Assembly: GCA_964409035.1 (NCBI GenBank)
Contig: CAYPBQ010000004.1
Span: 7,687-71,686, forward strand
Direction: 5' to 3'
DNA length: 64,000 nt
From: an uncultured Candidatus Saccharibacteria bacterium
GTDB lineage: Bacteria > Patescibacteriota > Minisyncoccia > Phycocordibacterales > UBA12088
Shown: positions 59,909 through 64,000 of the stretch, piece by piece
Layout: every line of letters starts with the position of its first letter
Numbering within the stretch: position 1 is the first letter of the stretch
Notes under the pieces: generated by a model
Seen by the model: only the letters and a program-made list of their open reading frames with translations
Told to the model about the DNA's origin: nothing
The model's database searches: none
Translations under genes and position numbers: made by a program

Positions 59909-60907
59909 ATGATTGTAGGAGAAGCACGACTACACAAAGGAATACTTGACGACACTCTGAGAGAAACAGGTGCTACTCGTGATGGTTTTGGAAAGGGTGT
60001 GGTTGAGGCAGGAGAGCGTGACGCAAGGGTGGTGGTGTTATGTGCTGATCTAGCAGAGAGTACCCGCAGTCATTGGTTTAAAGAAAAATTTCCTGATAGA
60101 TATATTGAGCTTGGAGTTGCGGAACAAAATCTTGCAGGGGTAGCAAGTGGTATGGCATCTATGGGTAAAGTACCATTTATTACTTCTTATGCGGCATTTA
60201 ACCCTGGTCGCAATAATGAACAGATACGAACAACAATCGCCCTTAATGAGCAACCAGTGATTGTTTGTGGTATGCATGCCGGTCTATCGGTAGGACCTGA
60301 CGGCGCAACACACCAAGCACTAGAGGATGTTGCGCTTATGCGTGTCATTCCTAATATGACAGTCATTGTTCCAATGGATATGGAAGAAGCAAGAAAGGCC
60401 ACACTTGCTGCAGCTACAAACAAACGTCCTACATACCTTAGATTTGCGAGAGAAAACACTCCAATACTAACAACCAAAGATACCCCATTTGAAATTGGTA
60501 AGGCGTATCGAGTGTGGCAGGGAGATAAGCCAAAAGTTGGTATTATCGCGATGGGTAGTATGGTATATCAAGCAATACAAGCAGCAGTTGATTTAGAAAC
60601 TCGTCTTGGTATTAGCTCGGTGGTGCTTTCAGTACATACTATAAAACCACTTGATACTGATGCGGTAGTTGCGCTTGCGCATGAGACTAATGCAATACTC
60701 ACTGTTGAAGAACATCAGGTAATGGGTGGATTAGGCGGCGCGGTGGCAGAAACGTTAAGCTTGATGCGCCCAACTAAAATGGCATTTATTGGAGTACAAA
60801 ATCGGTTTGGTCAGTCTGGTACAACACAAGAGTTATACAGCGCATACGGATTAGATGTACCTACTATTGTACAAAAAGCTATTTCCTTAACACAATCTTC
60901 ACTATGA
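59909..60907 (+). CDS. tkt: Transketolase, C-terminal subunit
   Basis: GVAEQNL, GPDGATHQALED, TIKPLD, VEEHQ..GGLG. Confidence 0.95.
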   Translation: MIVGEARLHKGILDDTLRETGATRDGFGKGVVEAGERDARVVVLCADLAESTRSHWFKEKFPDRYIELGVAEQNLAGVASGMASMGKVPFITSYAAFNPGRNNEQIRTTIALNEQPVIVCGMHAGLSVGPDGATHQALEDVALMRVIPNMTVIVPMDMEEARKATLAAATNKRPTYLRFARENTPILTTKDTPFEIGKAYRVWQGDKPKVGIIAMGSMVYQAIQAAVDLETRLGISSVVLSVHTIKPLDTDAVVALAHETNAILTVEEHQVMGGLGGAVAETLSLMRPTKMAFIGVQNRFGQSGTTQELYSAYGLDVPTIVQKAISLTQSSL

Positions 60908-61048
60908 AAAAGAAATATTCCGCAATGAAATCGTATGAAGTGAGACCATTTGTTGCTTGGTTTTTTATCTCTTCTGTCACTGCCGGTGCATACTACTTCC
61001 TCTGGAGTATATCCAACAGTATGGTTGTTTATTAGCATTGTAATGTAT

Positions 61049-61249
61049 ATGAGAAAATTACACGCAATAAAATTAAATTTTTGGTTCAGTGGAATATTTC
61101 TCGGGGCACTTGCTGGAGGCGCCATGTTTCTTATTTATAAAGTCTCACACAGCGAAGCATTTATCGCTGATATTTCAGCGACACGTGTGCAGAATGATCA
61201 GATTTTAAAGGGTAGAGATTTTGATGAGATAAATCTCTACGCTGAATAG
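61049..61249 (+). CDS. Small single-TM hypothetical protein
   Basis: MRKLHAIKLNFWFSGIFLGALAGGAMFLIY hydrophobic helix; start uncertain. Confidence 0.45.
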   Translation: MRKLHAIKLNFWFSGIFLGALAGGAMFLIYKVSHSEAFIADISATRVQNDQILKGRDFDEINLYAE

Positions 61250-61258
61250 GTATTTATC

Positions 61259-62257
61259 CTACAGCGCAGTCGGAATGTACTCAGGTGGCGCTTTGCGTAG
61301 ATAGTCTTGTATCTGATCTTGCGAGAGAAGTCCCTTTTGCGCACCAATCTCTTGCACTACAGACATTGAGTTGATTGGTCCCCAACTTAGGGCGGTAGGT
61401 ATGTCGTGTCCTAGTGCGAGTGCTGTGGTGAATGTTGAAGAAAATGAATCACCAGCACCTGTTCTATCAACGGGTGGGGCGATATCTGGGTACATTGGCA
61501 TATGCCACGCACTCACGCCATCGCTTGCATACGCACCACGTGGGCCATCAGTAATGACAACTATTTTTGGACCCTTTTGATGTATAGCATGCAGCAATTG
61601 TTTTATATCAAGACCCTTTTCACCTACGATACTTTGCGCCTCCTCTTTATTACAAAAAAACAGAGTTGATGCTTCGTATACAGATTTAAGTGCCTCGTAT
61701 CCGAGTTTGATTTGAAATGATCCTGGTTGAAATACCAACTTGCTTGTGGGGTGATTTTTTACATAGGTAGCTATCTCCTCGTGGTATGGAAGTGAATTAT
61801 GCTCTCCCACTGAGCTGAAATATATCCACGATGGTTCACCAAGATCAGGGAGTGAGTATGGATATTCCTCATGCTTAATTAAAATAGTGCGCTCCGGCGC
61901 TAGGCGTAGTACGTAATGATGATTGGATTTTTTACCAGCGTGCCTTCGTACAAATCTTTTATCAACACCCTCTTGCTCAAGCTGACGTATCATCTGGTCA
62001 CCCTCGTCGTCATCTCCCATATCAGTTACGAGTGCGCTACGAAGACCTAGCCGATGTGCACTCACAGCGGCATTAGGACTATTACCCACAGCAGGCACAA
62101 TCACAAAGTCTTTGAACTCAATTTTATCTCCAAAGTTCATCGCAAGGAGCTCGCGACCACTTTCGGTATCAGTTACTACCTTAGCCCATTCAGGTGAGAG
62201 CTCAATAAACTCATCGTTTACTATGTCGCCAATTGCTACGAAATCAAGTTTTTCCAT
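61259..62257 (-). CDS. PfkB/ribokinase family carbohydrate kinase
   Basis: GNSPNAAV...RLG, CNKEEA, ITDGPRGA, DRTGAGDSF. Confidence 0.92.
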   Translation of the reverse strand: MEKLDFVAIGDIVNDEFIELSPEWAKVVTDTESGRELLAMNFGDKIEFKDFVIVPAVGNSPNAAVSAHRLGLRSALVTDMGDDDEGDQMIRQLEQEGVDKRFVRRHAGKKSNHHYVLRLAPERTILIKHEEYPYSLPDLGEPSWIYFSSVGEHNSLPYHEEIATYVKNHPTSKLVFQPGSFQIKLGYEALKSVYEASTLFFCNKEEAQSIVGEKGLDIKQLLHAIHQKGPKIVVITDGPRGAYASDGVSAWHMPMYPDIAPPVDRTGAGDSFSSTFTTALALGHDIPTALSWGPINSMSVVQEIGAQKGLLSQDQIQDYLRKAPPEYIPTAL

Positions 62258-62313
62258 AATAGAAATGCGGATAAGCTGATATATTATAGTTACGTATATA
62301 CAGTGTAGCAGTT

Positions 62314-62889
62314 ATGCATAATTTGTTACAGAGATTTAAAACAAGAAATATCTACAGAGGATTTACTCTCATAGAGTTACTCGTAGTCATTGCTATTATT
62401 GGACTCCTTTCCTCGGTGGTATTTGCTTCACTTAACAGTGCGCGTAGCAAGGCACGTGACGCCAAACGAATTGCAGATTTTCAGCAAATTCGAACCGCAC
62501 TAGAATTGTTTTATGATACACATGGTAGATACCCCAATAGCCCTGGAGCTGCCACATGGGATCAACATTGGGATTATTTTGCCCAGTGTCTTGAAACAGC
62601 GAGTGATGCCTCATGCGGATTTGCCCTCTCAACTCGCCCTGTCTTTATGTCAGAGGTGCCACAAGATCCTCAAGACAGCCCATCGGGATTTTCTGATGCA
62701 GATCCGACATATTACTATGCATGGCCAGCGGGTTGTGGGACGGGACAAAGCTATAGACTCGCAGTACGCCTAGAAAATGCAAGCAACCAGAGCCTGGGTG
62801 GGGATTTAGACGGCAGTTTTTATAATAATAACGGGCTTTGTAATGATCCATATTATTGTATTGGGGTGGGTACCTGTGGTGGCTGGTAG
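62314..62889 (+). CDS. Type IV pilin-like prepilin (P6)
   Basis: RG|FTLIELLVVIAIIGLLSSVVFASLNSARSKARDAKR. Confidence 0.9.
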   Translation: MHNLLQRFKTRNIYRGFTLIELLVVIAIIGLLSSVVFASLNSARSKARDAKRIADFQQIRTALELFYDTHGRYPNSPGAATWDQHWDYFAQCLETASDASCGFALSTRPVFMSEVPQDPQDSPSGFSDADPTYYYAWPAGCGTGQSYRLAVRLENASNQSLGGDLDGSFYNNNGLCNDPYYCIGVGTCGGW

Positions 62890-62923
62890 GATTCGATTTT
62901 TATAGTGATTAGTCATTACTGGG

Positions 62924-62951
62924 TTGCCAAATATCCATAATTAGGTATAGT
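62924..62951 (+). promoter_or_regulatory. Putative sigma70 promoter of rplY (leaderless-type)
   Basis: TTGCCA, 16 bp spacer, TATAGT, then the ATG 8 nt later. Confidence 0.55.
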
Positions 62952-62959
62952 TTTGCGGT

Positions 62960-63610
62960 ATGGTAGTAAAACTAGAAGCAACAAAACGAGAGACATCAAA
63001 GTCCGCACGCGCCACCCTCAGAAAGGAGGCGATGATTCCTGCGGTGGTGTATGGCAAGAAGGAGGCATCAACTCCTATTGCGGTGTCAGTAATTAATTTT
63101 AAAAAGGTGTGGGAAGAGGCTGGCGAGTCAACAGTGGTTACTCTTGATGGCTTTGGAAAAAGCGTTGATGTGCTAATCCAGGAGGTATCAATAGATCATA
63201 TATCGGGCCTTCCGGTGCATGTTGATTTTTATGCTATTGAGGCAGACAAAAAAGTTGAGGTAGAGGTACCACTTGAGTATGTTGGTGAGGCTCCTGCGGT
63301 GAAGCTCCTTGGAGGAAACCTTGTAAAGGTTCTTCACGAAGTATCTATTGAAGCACTTCCAAAAAATCTTCCTCATAGTATTGAAGTTGATATCTCTTCA
63401 CTAGAAACATTTGAAACTCAAATTCTTGCTAAGGATTTGAAGCTAAGTACCGGTGTTACCCTTATTACTGATGCTGAGGAAGTAGTTGCACTGGTAGCTC
63501 CAGTTACAGAGGAAAAAGAAGAAGAGGTAGCTGCTCCGGATTTATCTGCCATTGAAGTAGAAAAGAAGGGTAAGACTGATGAAGAAGCAGACACTAAAGC
63601 TGACGAATAA
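62960..63610 (+). CDS. rplY: 50S ribosomal protein bL25 (CTC form)
   Basis: IPAVVYG, HVDFY, VEVPL..VGEAPAVK, EALPKNLP..IEVDIS.L. Confidence 0.95.
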   Translation: MVVKLEATKRETSKSARATLRKEAMIPAVVYGKKEASTPIAVSVINFKKVWEEAGESTVVTLDGFGKSVDVLIQEVSIDHISGLPVHVDFYAIEADKKVEVEVPLEYVGEAPAVKLLGGNLVKVLHEVSIEALPKNLPHSIEVDISSLETFETQILAKDLKLSTGVTLITDAEEVVALVAPVTEEKEEEVAAPDLSAIEVEKKGKTDEEADTKADE

Positions 63611-63630
63611 TACATATACAATTAGAGAGT

Positions 63631-63663
63631 AAGCAACATGCCCCAATGGGGGCATGTTGCTTT
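63631..63663 (+). terminator. Intrinsic terminator after rplY
   Basis: AAGCAACATGCCCC-aatg-GGGGCATGTTGCTT(T). Confidence 0.7.
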
Positions 63664-63690
63664 AGTGTTTTGTGATAGAATATTTCTGTT

Positions 63691-64000
63691 ATGAAGCGTT
63701 TAGGATATATCACAATAATTACGCTCTCACTGTGTGTGGGGATGTTTTCGCACACACCTATACTTAGTGCCCAGGTGACCAGTGAAGATGTGGCACGCAG
63801 AAGAGCCGAACTAGAGGCGCAGTTGCAGCAAATTGAAAAAGAGATACAAGCGCAGGGCGTGCTTCTAGAAGGAAAGCAGAAAGAGAGAGTTTCTCTTGAG
63901 CGAGACGTGGCTATTCTTGATGCTCAAATCGCCAAGGCTAAACTTGCAATTAAGCAACGTGATATTGCCATACAGCAAATCAATGGTGATATAGGGGATA
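63691..64000 (+). CDS. Secreted coiled-coil protein (PcsB/EnvC-like N-terminus), 3' partial; missing from ORF track
   Basis: MKRLGYITIITLSLCVGMFSHTPILSAQ signal followed by heptads (RRAELEAQLQQIEKEIQAQ); runs off the window. Confidence 0.75.
   Translation, partial: MKRLGYITIITLSLCVGMFSHTPILSAQVTSEDVARRRAELEAQLQQIEKEIQAQGVLLEGKQKERVSLERDVAILDAQIAKAKLAIKQRDIAIQQINGDIGD

Noticed and set aside
54673-62889. Pilins as integron cassettes or shufflon segments
   Set aside because: No attC-like palindromes, sfx repeats or recombinase seen; the junctions are only a few nt.
22526-62889. Diversity-generating retroelement acting on pilins or the giant protein
   Set aside because: No reverse transcriptase in the window, and the repeat pairs differ at synonymous sites rather than specifically at adenines.
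1-64000. Numerous 60-175 aa ORFs overlapping longer genes
   Set aside because: Alternate-frame or antisense shadows of well-supported CDSs, with no motifs of their own.

Overview
This window looks like chromosomal DNA from a Patescibacteria/CPR (Parcubacteria-like) bacterium. That assignment is inferred from gene content, split transketolase, many type IV pilins, a giant secreted protein and few Shine-Dalgarno sites. Layout: 0.9-22 kb, surface-glycan locus (GT4 x4, GT2, two GT-C, HAD-UbiA fusion, SMR and GtrA flippases, SDR epimerases, AsnB-like, Wzx, Wzy_C/TPR). 22-27 kb, candidate sRNA, pilin, secreted LCAT/PGAP1-type lipase and two paralogous membrane proteins with identical 5' ends. 27-35 kb, murB, an unannotated 38-aa histone-H1-like ORF, GNAT, secA, obgE, gatB. 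35-54.6 kb, membrane-tethered HTH proteins, a WxL-like cluster and a 4529-aa tail-fibre-like adhesin with an S74 chaperone. 54.7-63 kb, the gap-rpiB-rpe-tkt-pfkB-rplY region, where five constant-N/variable-C pilin genes are interleaved singly between housekeeping genes; this is the most striking feature. No rRNA, tRNA, CRISPR, transposase or integrase was recognised by eye.
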